Of a DNA stretch of 64,000 nucleotides, positions 9,924 through 19,712 are shown one piece after another. A program made the translations under genes and the position numbers. The notes under the pieces are model-generated. The model made no database searches, was not told where the DNA came from, and saw nothing but the letters and a program-made list of their open reading frames with translations. Origin of the DNA: Oligoflexales bacterium (GTDB lineage Bacteria; Bdellovibrionota_B; Oligoflexia; Oligoflexales; Bog-1112); NCBI GenBank assembly GCA_045106415.1, contig JBGCEP010000010.1, forward strand, positions 64,001 through 128,000, written 5' to 3'. Numbering within the stretch: the first letter of the stretch is position 1; every line of letters begins with the position of its first letter.

Positions 9924-12900
9924 TCAAGTTTTTAGCTGAGGAAGTGTAATATGGAAGAGCGTTCCTTCATTTAATGTTGTTTCACAGGTGATGCTTCCTT
10001 GTAGTTTTTGTGTCGCTAAATTAAACGCAAGGTGTAAACCAAGGCCTGTGTGTCCTTTATGCTTTGCTGTAGAGAAAAAAGGCTCGTAGATATTCTGTAC
10101 ATCATCTTCAGGAATACCATGGCCATTGTCTTTGTAGTAAATTATGGTGTTTGAGCCCTCTGAGATGACGCTTATCGTAATGACATTATTTTCTCTGTCT
10201 TTAAAGGCATGATCGAAACTGTTGTTAGTGAGTTGGACAAGTAGGTTTGATAAATCGCTTAAGTAAGTTGTTGTGAGTAAGTCTTCTGGGCATTTGATTT
10301 GGAAAATAATATTTTGTTCTTTAATTTTACCTTGCAATCCACTTTTTAATAAATTTAAATGTTCTAGGATTTTAAAAGTAGAAATATCTTCTGATGTCTG
10401 AGAAACAGCGAGTTGTTTAAAGCGAGATACGAGTTCAGAGGCTCTGTTACAGCTGGTTAAAATCATCTCATTTGCATGAGTGGTCTGAGTAATAAAATTT
10501 TGCAAAGCTGATTTTGTAAGGCCTTTTTGTAATGTTTTTTGAATATTCTCAATTTCATGGGTTAGCGATGAAGATGAAGTAATACATATTCCTAAAGGAG
10601 TATTCAGCTCATGGGCGACTCCAGACATGACCCCTGTGAGTGATGCCATCTTTTCTGATTCAATAAGCTGGTCTTGTGTGTTTTTTAAATTATCAAGTGC
10701 AGTAGAGAGTTGAGCTGTCCTTTCAACAACTTTTTCTTCTAAGCTTTCATATAATTTTGAATTTTCGATAGAGATAGATGCTTGAGAAGCGAGAATGTCA
10801 AGAGTTTGCAGTCTTTCTTCCGTAAAAACATGAGAAACTTCTTTGTTTTCTAAATATAAAACAGCAATAACATGATTTTGGTGAATAATGGGTAAACAAC
10901 AAATAGAATGAATTTTATTATCTTTGATATACTCATCGTTTTTAAATTCTTTATTGGTATGTGCTTCTTCTATGATGATATTTTTTTGTGACCTTAGCGA
11001 AGAGTTTAAAACAGTAAGGGGAAAAGAATTGTTTGCTTGCTCATCTGTTGGGCTTTCCTCTAGGTGGTATGATGCGTAGGGTGTAATCTCTCTTTTCTCA
11101 ACGAAAAACAACAGACTCCGGCTCGCTCCTCCCACTTCACAGGAAATTTTCATAAGGTGTTGTGTGAGGTGTTGAAGGTTGATTTCTTTGGATAAGGATC
11201 TAGCTGCCGATAAAACTCTTTCAAAATCAAGATTTTGGTTGTTTGTGCTTCCTGTGCCTGCGTAGTGAGTTTTAGATAGAGTTGTTTTCCCATTCTCGAT
11301 AGTGTTTTGAGGTTCATTTTTTTGTGTAAAACTATAGTTCCATTCTTCTTCAATTTGAGAGACTTTGGATTCAGCACCCCAGTGTTTGAATATGTTTCGA
11401 GCTTCTTCGATATAGATGTTAGAAGTTTTTGCGTAATTGTTTTTCTGTAAAAAGAGAGCGCAGCGTTCATGGATGATACCTTCAAAAAGATAGTTTTGAT
11501 CTTTAGAAGCGCTTTGTATTGCTTTTTCATAGTGATGTAAAGATTTTTGCACTGAAAATTTGTTCCATGCAAACCACTCAGCTAGCAAAAAGTGATATTG
11601 ATACCCAAAGGTTTCATCGCAGTGAATTGAAAGTGATTTGATTTTTTTAATTGTATTTGTGATGTAGAGTTTTTTTGTTAAAGGGATCCTGGTCCCGTTT
11701 TCTGAATAATATGCGAGAATTGCTAAAGAATAGAAAACCTTTCTGTCACAGTCTTGAGGCGCTCCCTCAACGCCTTTTTTATATGACTCCGTAATTTCAA
11801 ATTCTTTTAAAGCGGTTGAGTAATGTGATAAAAAGTAGGCAAGGTGCCCTCTTATTCGGTGAACTTCATGGAGACCGGTTTGAAAATTTTGTGACTCAAA
11901 TCTAGAGAGGGTTTCATGATAATCGAAAGTATCAGATGAAAGCTCTGGAATTTTTGAAAAATCAGTTCGAGGTTCTGATAATTTTTCTGCGTATATTTTA
12001 GCTAAAGATGTCAGTTTTTTACAATCATCGTAATTTGAATTTTCAAGTAAGGGAAGATACCTCTCGTTGAGGTGTTCTAAGTATTCTTTGATATTGTGAT
12101 AACGAATACTCCATAAATAAATATGAAGCACAGACCAAGGAAGATAAAGAGTGTCACTGGCGATGTATCCTTTCTTTGCAGCTGTTTCCATATGAGTGCA
12201 CATATGACGCCAAGACATATTTAAAAATGATGTCAATCCAGCGAAAAGATAAATAGTGGCGCTTTCTGCTAGAAGGTTGTGTTTAAGGTCTGATCGCTTT
12301 TCGTCTGATAGTTTTAAACCTACATTTGCAACTCTTCGACCAAGGTTTAAGTCACCCATGCCATTTAAAACAGCAGCTAGAAAGGTAAAACCAGTGCTAG
12401 AATAAGCATGAAGCCCATGGATGATGGAAACTTGATTTAATTGTGCTATTAAAATAGTAAACATTGTTTGGTTGCCAAGAAAATATGCTGGGGTCATAAG
12501 AGCAAACAAACATGCTGTTAAAAGTTCTTTGTGTTCATTATCAAGTGTTTTATGATGATATAAATCATCGGCCCCGTTTTTTAGCTGCTTTGTGTTTTTC
12601 TTTAAACATCGAACGATTTTCAGTATTTCAGCAATCATATCAATGAAATTAGGGTTTTTCTTTAGTGTTAACCCTAACAAATGGCAGGCTCTAAGACCAT
12701 TGTCGAAAGACTCCTGCATGCGGTTCGTTGTTGAGTATTGAGTGCATTTACGATAACAAACTCTAGCTTTTAAAAAATTTGTGGATGCTCTTTTTTCAAG
12801 GTTTTCAGATATCGAGTTTGCTTCACTGATCTTATGCATTAAAAAAGCGCTATGCGTAGCGATTTCGTGAAGATCCCACATAGTTTCAAAATTTGATTCC

Positions 12901-15182
12901 CATTCGTTGTCATGAAAAAGGCGGAGTGAATTTTGAGAAAAATGGTATGATGCCTCATATGAGAGGTTTTCAGTAGATTTTTTGGCAGCTAGAAAATTTA
13001 AGTTTGCAACTCTGATCTTTGTATCTGAAGTGTATTTCTCTGATTGAACAGCATTATAATGTGCAACTATGTCGAAAATATTTTCTTTGCCTTGTTCGAA
13101 AAGATAATCAGCGATAGCATAATGCGTTTTTTGTTTATTTTCTTTTGAAAGTAGAGAATAAGAAGATTCTCTGAGTTTATCGTGGTTAAATTTAAATCGA
13201 CAAGAAATGTGATGTGGGATTTGCTGAGTTGAAATCATATGACTGTATTCTATAAATAAAGGGGAAATAATATTGGTATCTACAAGTTTTTTTATGATTT
13301 CAATAGAGCGGATCTGGGCTAGTTTGCTAAGTTCAGTAATACAATGGAAATCAAAAATATTTCCGTAGCAAGAAGATATTGATAAAATATCTTGTTGGTC
13401 TGTAGGCATTTGTGAGATATTTTTTTGTATGAAATTAACAACGTTGTCGCTAATTTCAAGATCTTGAAGTGACTTAAAGTCAATGAGCCATTTCCCTAGA
13501 CTCTCATCGGTTTGATATATTTTACCCTCTTGATGCAAATTAAGAAGGAGTTGTTTCACATAAAAAGGATTGCCACCTGTTTTGTGAATGATTTCTTTGC
13601 TTATTTCAGTATTTTCATGATGAAGAGTATCTTTAATCATCTCCTCAACAGCATTTATAGAAAGAGGGTGAAGTTCGTGTTGCAAGACCAGGTTTTGCAA
13701 ATTATCAAATAAATCATGAAGGTGATGTGATGGTGTTATTTCCTCTGATCTGTAAGATCCGATAAATAGGATGTTCTTAATATTCTCTTTTACAAGGTAG
13801 TCAAGGATTTCAATTGAAATAAGATCAGACCATTGAAGGTCATCAATAAAGAGAAGGATAGGGTTTTTTTGTGCAATAACAGATAAAAAATTCTTTAATG
13901 TTGAGAAAAGTCTCTGTTTTGAATATTCAGAAGAAACATCTTCAGTATGGATACCTAAAACAGAAGATGCGCTGGGAATAATATGAGTGAGGATTCCAAT
14001 GTTGTCAGATAGAGATTTTTCTATTTGGTGCTTTATATCTATAATATCTTGCTCAGGAAGTTTTGATATGTGATCAACCCAATGATTAAGAGCCTGTTTT
14101 ATTGCAGAAAAAGAATTGTTTTTTTGGAATTGATCGAATTTACCTTCGCAGAGAACCCCTTCTTTTTTATATAAATATGAGGATGTTTCTTGGATAATTG
14201 ATGATTTACCAAGCCCTGATTTCCCAGAGATAAGTATTAATGGGTTGTGTTGTTTTGTATCGATTAGATCAATGTACTGCAATATAGTGTTTAAATCATC
14301 CTCTCGGCCGTATATTTTTTCTGGAATCATAAATAATGTGCTGTAATCTTTCATGCCTGGCTGGAAATGATCGTCGCTGCTATGTTTTGAGATCTTTTCA
14401 AAATCAAATAACATACCTTTGGTGCATTGATATCGATCGTCAGGTATTTTAGAACACATTTTAGAGATGGTTTTTTGAAGAGCTACTGAATAACCTTTTT
14501 TCTGAAGCGGTTCCATCGAAAGAGGTTTGGTGAGTTGATTGTGAATAATGATCATTGGGTCGTTGTTGTCAAAAGCGCTATTATTTGTAAGCAGGTGATA
14601 AAAGCAAAGCCCTAATGAGTAATAATCTGAACGATAATCTATGGTGCGGTTAATTCTTCCTGTTTGTTCTGGAGCGATGTATGCAAGCGTTCCCTCAAGG
14701 TCTTTGATACTTGTTAGGTTTTTTTTCTCGTTGCCAAATGTTGCTATCCCGAAATCAATATATTTCATTTCAGTGAGATTTGGATTTGTGATCATATTCG
14801 ATGGATTTATATCTTTATGAATAACACCTGATTTATGGATTTCATGAAGAGACTTTATAGATGAGATAGCAAATATTAGGAATTTTTCTTCGCTTATAAA
14901 CGAGTTAAGATAATTGGATAGCGGTAACATTTCATGATCATCAAAAATAATAGTGTGATAACCATCGAGAATTAAAAAATCGACAGATTTAGCGATAAAA
15001 AATTCAGGGATATTTTTTGTTACTTTGTATTCGTGTTCAAATCGTTGAATGAGATGAGAGGACGGGTGATTGACGTTGAGTATTTTTAAGATGTAGCTTT
15101 TTCCATCTCGGGATATGGCGCGTACAATATGTGTATCATTTGATTCGTGAAGAACTATTTTTTTGTCAAAAGACCAATCCAT
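9924..15182 (-). CDS. Hybrid Ser/Thr kinase - AAA/NACHT-like ATPase - GAF - histidine kinase
   Basis: IHKDINPSN, IDFG, GTLAYIAPEQTGR; GKSGLGKS, FIDDLQW, GGNPF; GAF (SICCLPI..LYLEN); AHELNTP H-box, DNGHGI, GTGLGL-like G boxes. Confidence 0.93.
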   Translation of the reverse strand: MDWSFDKKIVLHESNDTHIVRAISRDGKSYILKILNVNHPSSHLIQRFEHEYKVTKNIPEFFIAKSVDFLILDGYHTIIFDDHEMLPLSNYLNSFISEEKFLIFAISSIKSLHEIHKSGVIHKDINPSNMITNPNLTEMKYIDFGIATFGNEKKNLTSIKDLEGTLAYIAPEQTGRINRTIDYRSDYYSLGLCFYHLLTNNSAFDNNDPMIIIHNQLTKPLSMEPLQKKGYSVALQKTISKMCSKIPDDRYQCTKGMLFDFEKISKHSSDDHFQPGMKDYSTLFMIPEKIYGREDDLNTILQYIDLIDTKQHNPLILISGKSGLGKSSIIQETSSYLYKKEGVLCEGKFDQFQKNNSFSAIKQALNHWVDHISKLPEQDIIDIKHQIEKSLSDNIGILTHIIPSASSVLGIHTEDVSSEYSKQRLFSTLKNFLSVIAQKNPILLFIDDLQWSDLISIEILDYLVKENIKNILFIGSYRSEEITPSHHLHDLFDNLQNLVLQHELHPLSINAVEEMIKDTLHHENTEISKEIIHKTGGNPFYVKQLLLNLHQEGKIYQTDESLGKWLIDFKSLQDLEISDNVVNFIQKNISQMPTDQQDILSISSCYGNIFDFHCITELSKLAQIRSIEIIKKLVDTNIISPLFIEYSHMISTQQIPHHISCRFKFNHDKLRESSYSLLSKENKQKTHYAIADYLFEQGKENIFDIVAHYNAVQSEKYTSDTKIRVANLNFLAAKKSTENLSYEASYHFSQNSLRLFHDNEWESNFETMWDLHEIATHSAFLMHKISEANSISENLEKRASTNFLKARVCYRKCTQYSTTNRMQESFDNGLRACHLLGLTLKKNPNFIDMIAEILKIVRCLKKNTKQLKNGADDLYHHKTLDNEHKELLTACLFALMTPAYFLGNQTMFTILIAQLNQVSIIHGLHAYSSTGFTFLAAVLNGMGDLNLGRRVANVGLKLSDEKRSDLKHNLLAESATIYLFAGLTSFLNMSWRHMCTHMETAAKKGYIASDTLYLPWSVLHIYLWSIRYHNIKEYLEHLNERYLPLLENSNYDDCKKLTSLAKIYAEKLSEPRTDFSKIPELSSDTFDYHETLSRFESQNFQTGLHEVHRIRGHLAYFLSHYSTALKEFEITESYKKGVEGAPQDCDRKVFYSLAILAYYSENGTRIPLTKKLYITNTIKKIKSLSIHCDETFGYQYHFLLAEWFAWNKFSVQKSLHHYEKAIQSASKDQNYLFEGIIHERCALFLQKNNYAKTSNIYIEEARNIFKHWGAESKVSQIEEEWNYSFTQKNEPQNTIENGKTTLSKTHYAGTGSTNNQNLDFERVLSAARSLSKEINLQHLTQHLMKISCEVGGASRSLLFFVEKREITPYASYHLEESPTDEQANNSFPLTVLNSSLRSQKNIIIEEAHTNKEFKNDEYIKDNKIHSICCLPIIHQNHVIAVLYLENKEVSHVFTEERLQTLDILASQASISIENSKLYESLEEKVVERTAQLSTALDNLKNTQDQLIESEKMASLTGVMSGVAHELNTPLGICITSSSSLTHEIENIQKTLQKGLTKSALQNFITQTTHANEMILTSCNRASELVSRFKQLAVSQTSEDISTFKILEHLNLLKSGLQGKIKEQNIIFQIKCPEDLLTTTYLSDLSNLLVQLTNNSFDHAFKDRENNVITISVISEGSNTIIYYKDNGHGIPEDDVQNIYEPFFSTAKHKGHTGLGLHLAFNLATQKLQGSITCETTLNEGTLFHITLPQLKT

Positions 15183-15438
15183 GTCTTAAAACCTTATCGT
15201 GTGTGATATCTATATCGGCTATATATATGAATAGTAAAATTGACCTTTTATTTTTATTCTATAGAAGTCGTGAGATTGATAAAAATAGAGATGATGCATA
15301 CCTCTGAAAATTTAGAATAAATAACTTTTGTTTGTTTTTATTTGAATTGAAATAGTCGTAATTATTTATAAGGCGGTTAAATAAAAAGCTTTTTTAAACC
15401 GAGGTGATGTTTGATAGTCAGACTATATGAGGGTCATT

Positions 15439-16413
15439 ATGTCAGTTGAAAATAATAAGGTATCTAGGCGCCATCTTGGGATCTATGGTGTTCTTCTGTC
15501 GTCACTTGTCATCCCGTTTGCAATGACGCTTTCTACGGTTCATAAAACTATGACGCCACCATCGTTTATGGATAACCCAAGTCCATATGGTTATACAATG
15601 AGTTTGTTGATTTTTGTTGTACCTATTTTGTATTTTGTTGTTTGGTTGTGTAAAAATCCCCAATATAGAATTGAAAGAAATGCGTTTATAGGAAGCGTAG
15701 CAGGTGTTTTTGTTCTAGGGAGCTTTTTAGACTTTGTTTTTGGGTATAGCTTTTTCTATTTTCCAAATCGTGGGGCAGTCTTAGGTCTTTATCTTCCTTC
15801 GTTTTCTTTTTCAGAATGGCGATGGATTCCTCACTATCTTCCTATTGAAGAATTTGGTTTTTATTTGCTAGGTTCTACATATATGCTCGCTTCATACCTT
15901 TGGGGAGTTCTTTTTTGGTTTAAACGCTATAATCATGCTGATCATCAAAAGGCATGCTTAAGTGTCGATAGAATGCTGAAAGTTAGTTATCCTCTTTTCT
16001 TTTTAGGTATATCACTTTTTATCTTAGGGCTTGTTATTAAGCATTTAGGTCCTTACCCTGATGGGTTCCCTGGTTATTTTACTTTTATGATTTTTATGAT
16101 GTTCCTCCCATGTATTTTCTTATTTGAATCACTCAGATTTTTAATTAACTGGAGGGCATTTACTTTTATGTCTTTTGTTTTACTTTTAGTGAGTATCGTT
16201 TATGAAGCAACCTTAGGTGTGCCTTATGGATGGTGGAAATATCATAATGACCAAATGTTAGGGATTTTAATTCACGCGTGGTCGGACTTACCTATTGAGG
16301 CTGTGTGCTTATGGGTTGCAGCAGGTTTTGGGACAGTGCTTTTATTTGAAGCTCTACGTTACTATTTTTATATTGGGAAACCAATTTTACGTGCTTTTTT
16401 AGGTGATAAATAA
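15439..16413 (+). CDS. Polytopic membrane protein with two lycopene-cyclase (CrtYc/Yd)-like repeats
   Basis: About 8 TM helices; two halves each ending in LPIE(E/A) (LPIEEFGFY, LPIEAVCLW), preceded by D/E..G..(F/W).(F/Y).N...LG. Confidence 0.65.
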   Translation: MSVENNKVSRRHLGIYGVLLSSLVIPFAMTLSTVHKTMTPPSFMDNPSPYGYTMSLLIFVVPILYFVVWLCKNPQYRIERNAFIGSVAGVFVLGSFLDFVFGYSFFYFPNRGAVLGLYLPSFSFSEWRWIPHYLPIEEFGFYLLGSTYMLASYLWGVLFWFKRYNHADHQKACLSVDRMLKVSYPLFFLGISLFILGLVIKHLGPYPDGFPGYFTFMIFMMFLPCIFLFESLRFLINWRAFTFMSFVLLLVSIVYEATLGVPYGWWKYHNDQMLGILIHAWSDLPIEAVCLWVAAGFGTVLLFEALRYYFYIGKPILRAFLGDK

Positions 16414-16435
16414 TTATTATATAACGGAGAAAAAA

Positions 16436-17434
16436 ATGTCAAAAAATGGAAAAAGTGATTTACCTCTTTATGTTGATAACGGAATCGGATTGCCATCTAT
16501 GCGTCCTCCTTATCCAAATATGCATATGTCGACATCAAGTTTCTTTTTGAAAGCAGATTTTAATAAAGTGAAAAATTTATGTGATCGTTATTTGAATGAT
16601 GTGATCGATGGAAATAGAAAATATTATCCTATTTCTAATCGAGTTATGTTTACATGGGCTAAAATTGTAGGGGATGCTAGAACGGATAGCTATGAAGTGA
16701 TGGGTCCTATGGAAGAACATGATGCTGTTTTCTTTATTCCTACATTAGCAGTGAATTATCACTTAGGGATTCCTGTCCCGAGTCACTTTGCTTTTTTTCC
16801 ATATCGACTTTATATAGATAACGCTGACGGTATTGTAAGTGGAAGGGAAGTCTATGGCTTTAATAAAGGAGTTGGTAATTTCCTTGGTTCTGAAGATCCG
16901 AAAAAGCCAAATTTCACTATACAAACTCTTGCGTATAAAACATTTGGCCCTGATAATTTAGCGAAAATGGAAGATATGGTTAAGATTACGCCAATGTCTA
17001 GCGATATTTCATCAGAAGATAAAACATGGTGTGATGCTCAACAAGCTAAAGAGGGCATAAAAGAAGCCTTTAAAGAAGCTATTGAAGGTGGTTTTTGGAA
17101 GAATTTAATTGAAGAAAGCTTTGACTTTTTCACTTACTTGTTTCAGCCACAAGGAACACAAGTTTTTCTTAAACAGTTTCGAGATATCCACAATGGCCTG
17201 CACGCTTGCTATCAATCTGTAACAGAAGCTCCAACAACGATTAATAAATTTTCTGGTGGTGGGCTCTATACTCAAAAATATAAGTTCCAAGCATTTTCTT
17301 TACAAAGTGAACCAATAGCAGAAGAGCTAGGTTTGATCTTAGACGAAGATGGATGCCAAGAAAATTTAGAAGGTTTTTGGGCAGAAAGCACGATCTCTCT
17401 AGGTCTGGGTGAAGAAATAAAAAAAGGGTCTTAA
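16436..17434 (+). CDS. Acetoacetate-decarboxylase-like fold protein
   Basis: LYIDN...IVSGREVYGFNK motif typical of the ADC superfamily; FLKQFRD...ACYQ; ATG 16436 after GGAG. Confidence 0.7.
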   Translation: MSKNGKSDLPLYVDNGIGLPSMRPPYPNMHMSTSSFFLKADFNKVKNLCDRYLNDVIDGNRKYYPISNRVMFTWAKIVGDARTDSYEVMGPMEEHDAVFFIPTLAVNYHLGIPVPSHFAFFPYRLYIDNADGIVSGREVYGFNKGVGNFLGSEDPKKPNFTIQTLAYKTFGPDNLAKMEDMVKITPMSSDISSEDKTWCDAQQAKEGIKEAFKEAIEGGFWKNLIEESFDFFTYLFQPQGTQVFLKQFRDIHNGLHACYQSVTEAPTTINKFSGGGLYTQKYKFQAFSLQSEPIAEELGLILDEDGCQENLEGFWAESTISLGLGEEIKKGS

Positions 17435-17440
17435 TGTAAC

Positions 17441-17473
17441 AACCGTTTTTAACATGAGGAAAACGGTTTTTTT
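17441..17473 (+). terminator. Intra-operon hairpin with T-run immediately before the oxidoreductase RBS
   Basis: AACCGTTTT...AAAACGGTT followed by TTTTT, then GGAG. Confidence 0.6.
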
Positions 17474-17485
17474 GGAGAAAATATT

Positions 17486-19543
17486 ATGGGTAAAAAAGTA
17501 GCTGTGCTTGGTGGTGGCATCGGAGCATTAACAGCAGCATTAGAGCTTGCTGAATCGGGTCAAAATTATGATATCACGGTTTATCAGCCAGGTTGGAGGT
17601 TGGGTGGTAAAGGTGCTAGTGGTCGAAATATGAGTGAAGATATGTCATGTCGTATTGAAGAGCATGGTTTGCATGTATGGTCAGGTCTTTATGATAATGC
17701 TTTTAGGGTCATTCGTAAGTGTTATGGAGCTATGGACCGGCCTAAAGATGCGCCCTTAGCAACTTGGAGAGATGCGTTTAAAGAGTCTAATCAAATGGTA
17801 ATGTGGGAAGACTATAAAGGTAAATACAGTTCATGGGTTTTGAACACACCTCAAAATGGCGCTCTCCCAGGTGAAGAAGATGCTCAACCACTTCTTTCAC
17901 TTTCTGAGTATGTAAATCAGATTATTAAATATTTATTTAGCCAAGCGTTAGATTGTCAGAAGTGGAAATATGAAATGTCTACGCGATCTTTTTTAAGTAT
18001 CGTGATGTGGTATGTGGGATCAAGAGCGTTATGGTTCCTTTCTGGAATTATTTTATTTCTTATGAATATATTAAGGCATTTCAGATTTGTGAGAGGTCTC
18101 ACAAATATGCTTTTAGCTGTGTATAAAAAAAGTTTATGGTGTGTTGTTAAAAATAAAATGGATGATGAAAAAGTAAGGAGATCTTGGATTACTGTAAACT
18201 TTGGTTGCGGTAATATTCGAGGAATGTTGAAAGATGATATTTTGGGTCGAGGGTTTGATGTTATTAATAACCAAGATTATTTAGATTGGGTAAAACAACA
18301 TCTTGTTGATGATGGTGGTTTGACTGCAAATTCACCTTTTGGGACCTTTATTTATGACGCACAGTTTTCATATGTTGGAGGTGATTTAAAGAAGCCGAAA
18401 TTTGCAGCCGGTTATGCATTAATGACAATTGTGCGGATGGCTTTAACTTTTAAAGGCTCTCTTATATGGAAAATGCAAGCAGGGATGGGTGATGTTGTTT
18501 TCACACCATTGTATGAGGCTTTGAAGAAAAAAGGTGTGAAATTTCAGTTCTTTTATCAAGCGAGATCTTTGCATTTATCAAGTGATAAAAAAAATGTTGA
18601 GAGTATAACAATTGCTAAGCAAGCGCACCTCGTTAGTGGTCTTGCTGAGTATCAACCGCTTGTTGATATCAAAGGGTTGCCGTGTTGGCCTAGCACTCCT
18701 TTGAATGATCAAATTGAAGAGCGATACCCTGAAGATTGGGATCCTGATTCTTTGAAGATCGATTATGCAGATACTTTTCAGCTGAAAAAGGGTGAAGATT
18801 TTGATGAAATTGTATTGGGAATACCAGTTGCTTGTTTGGGCGATCTGTGCCAGGAGCTTGTTCAAGAGAATCAAAAATGGAAAGATATGACAACGAAACT
18901 TGTTACTGTCGGAACACAAGCTTTGCAGCTCTGGTTCAAAAAAACCGGCGATGAGATGGATTTTGTAAGCCAAGAACAACCCATTACAGTGACGTATCAT
19001 ACAAGCCCATTAAACACTTTTGCTGATATGAGTTATTTAACAAAAGAAGAAGGGTGGCCAGCTCGTGGTGAAAAGTATCCACAGAGTTTATTTTATCTTT
19101 GTGGCCCTATGAGAGACGATGAAGATTATAAAGAAACGGCCAAACATTTATGCTCTAACCTTATGGAACCGCTGCTTCCAAGTGGTGTGAACCCACCGAA
19201 AACACCAGGGGCGCCTCTGGATTGGGAAAATTTAGTAGATAACCAAACTCCTGAAGCACAGGGTGAAAAAAGGTTAGAAAGTCAGTATCTTCGAGGCAAC
19301 ACAACTCCGTCACAAAGATTTACTCTTACTTTGCCAAATGCCTCTAAGTATAGAATTAAGCCAGGAGAGTCAGGATTTGCAAACCTGTTTCTTGCTGGTG
19401 ACTGGACGGATAATAGTTTTAATGTTGCTAATATAGAGTCAACAGTTATGTCAGGTATGCTTGCTTCTAACGCAATGTGTGGCTATCCAGAAAAAGAAAA
19501 AATAACAGGTCTAAATTTTGGTCGAGCTGATCATAAGCTATAG
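17486..19543 (+). CDS. FAD/NAD(P)-binding oxidoreductase, carotenoid-desaturase/HpnE-related uncharacterised family
   Basis: VAVLGGGIGAL Rossmann fold; VYQPGWRLGGKGASGR; EEHGLH; NLFLAGDWT..ESTVMSG. Confidence 0.85.
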   Translation: MGKKVAVLGGGIGALTAALELAESGQNYDITVYQPGWRLGGKGASGRNMSEDMSCRIEEHGLHVWSGLYDNAFRVIRKCYGAMDRPKDAPLATWRDAFKESNQMVMWEDYKGKYSSWVLNTPQNGALPGEEDAQPLLSLSEYVNQIIKYLFSQALDCQKWKYEMSTRSFLSIVMWYVGSRALWFLSGIILFLMNILRHFRFVRGLTNMLLAVYKKSLWCVVKNKMDDEKVRRSWITVNFGCGNIRGMLKDDILGRGFDVINNQDYLDWVKQHLVDDGGLTANSPFGTFIYDAQFSYVGGDLKKPKFAAGYALMTIVRMALTFKGSLIWKMQAGMGDVVFTPLYEALKKKGVKFQFFYQARSLHLSSDKKNVESITIAKQAHLVSGLAEYQPLVDIKGLPCWPSTPLNDQIEERYPEDWDPDSLKIDYADTFQLKKGEDFDEIVLGIPVACLGDLCQELVQENQKWKDMTTKLVTVGTQALQLWFKKTGDEMDFVSQEQPITVTYHTSPLNTFADMSYLTKEEGWPARGEKYPQSLFYLCGPMRDDEDYKETAKHLCSNLMEPLLPSGVNPPKTPGAPLDWENLVDNQTPEAQGEKRLESQYLRGNTTPSQRFTLTLPNASKYRIKPGESGFANLFLAGDWTDNSFNVANIESTVMSGMLASNAMCGYPEKEKITGLNFGRADHKL

Positions 19544-19552
19544 TTTTTATTG

Positions 19553-19596
19553 ATGCACGGCTCTTTTGGGGGGCCATGCATATCATGCCTTTTTTT
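19553..19596 (+). terminator. Probable terminator of the three-gene operon
   Basis: ATGCACGGCTC...GGGCCATGCAT imperfect stem; T-run shortly downstream. Confidence 0.45.
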
Positions 19597-19712
19597 AGAT
19601 CCTTAAACCCTTGTAAATATTATGAAAATAAAAAAGAGTATGTATTGGCTTATGTGAAACTCTGATGTTCCGATATGTAGCTTCGAAGAGCCACGGGTTT
19701 TAGGAGTTTTTT

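Noticed and set aside
9924..15182. Avs/STAND antiphage system
   Set aside because: C-terminal GAF-histidine kinase output matches known hybrid signalling kinases; no nuclease, TIR or SIR2 effector
15439..19543. Canonical carotenoid or hopanoid biosynthesis cluster
   Set aside because: No crtB/crtE/hpnCD/shc nearby, and the flavoprotein motifs differ from CrtI
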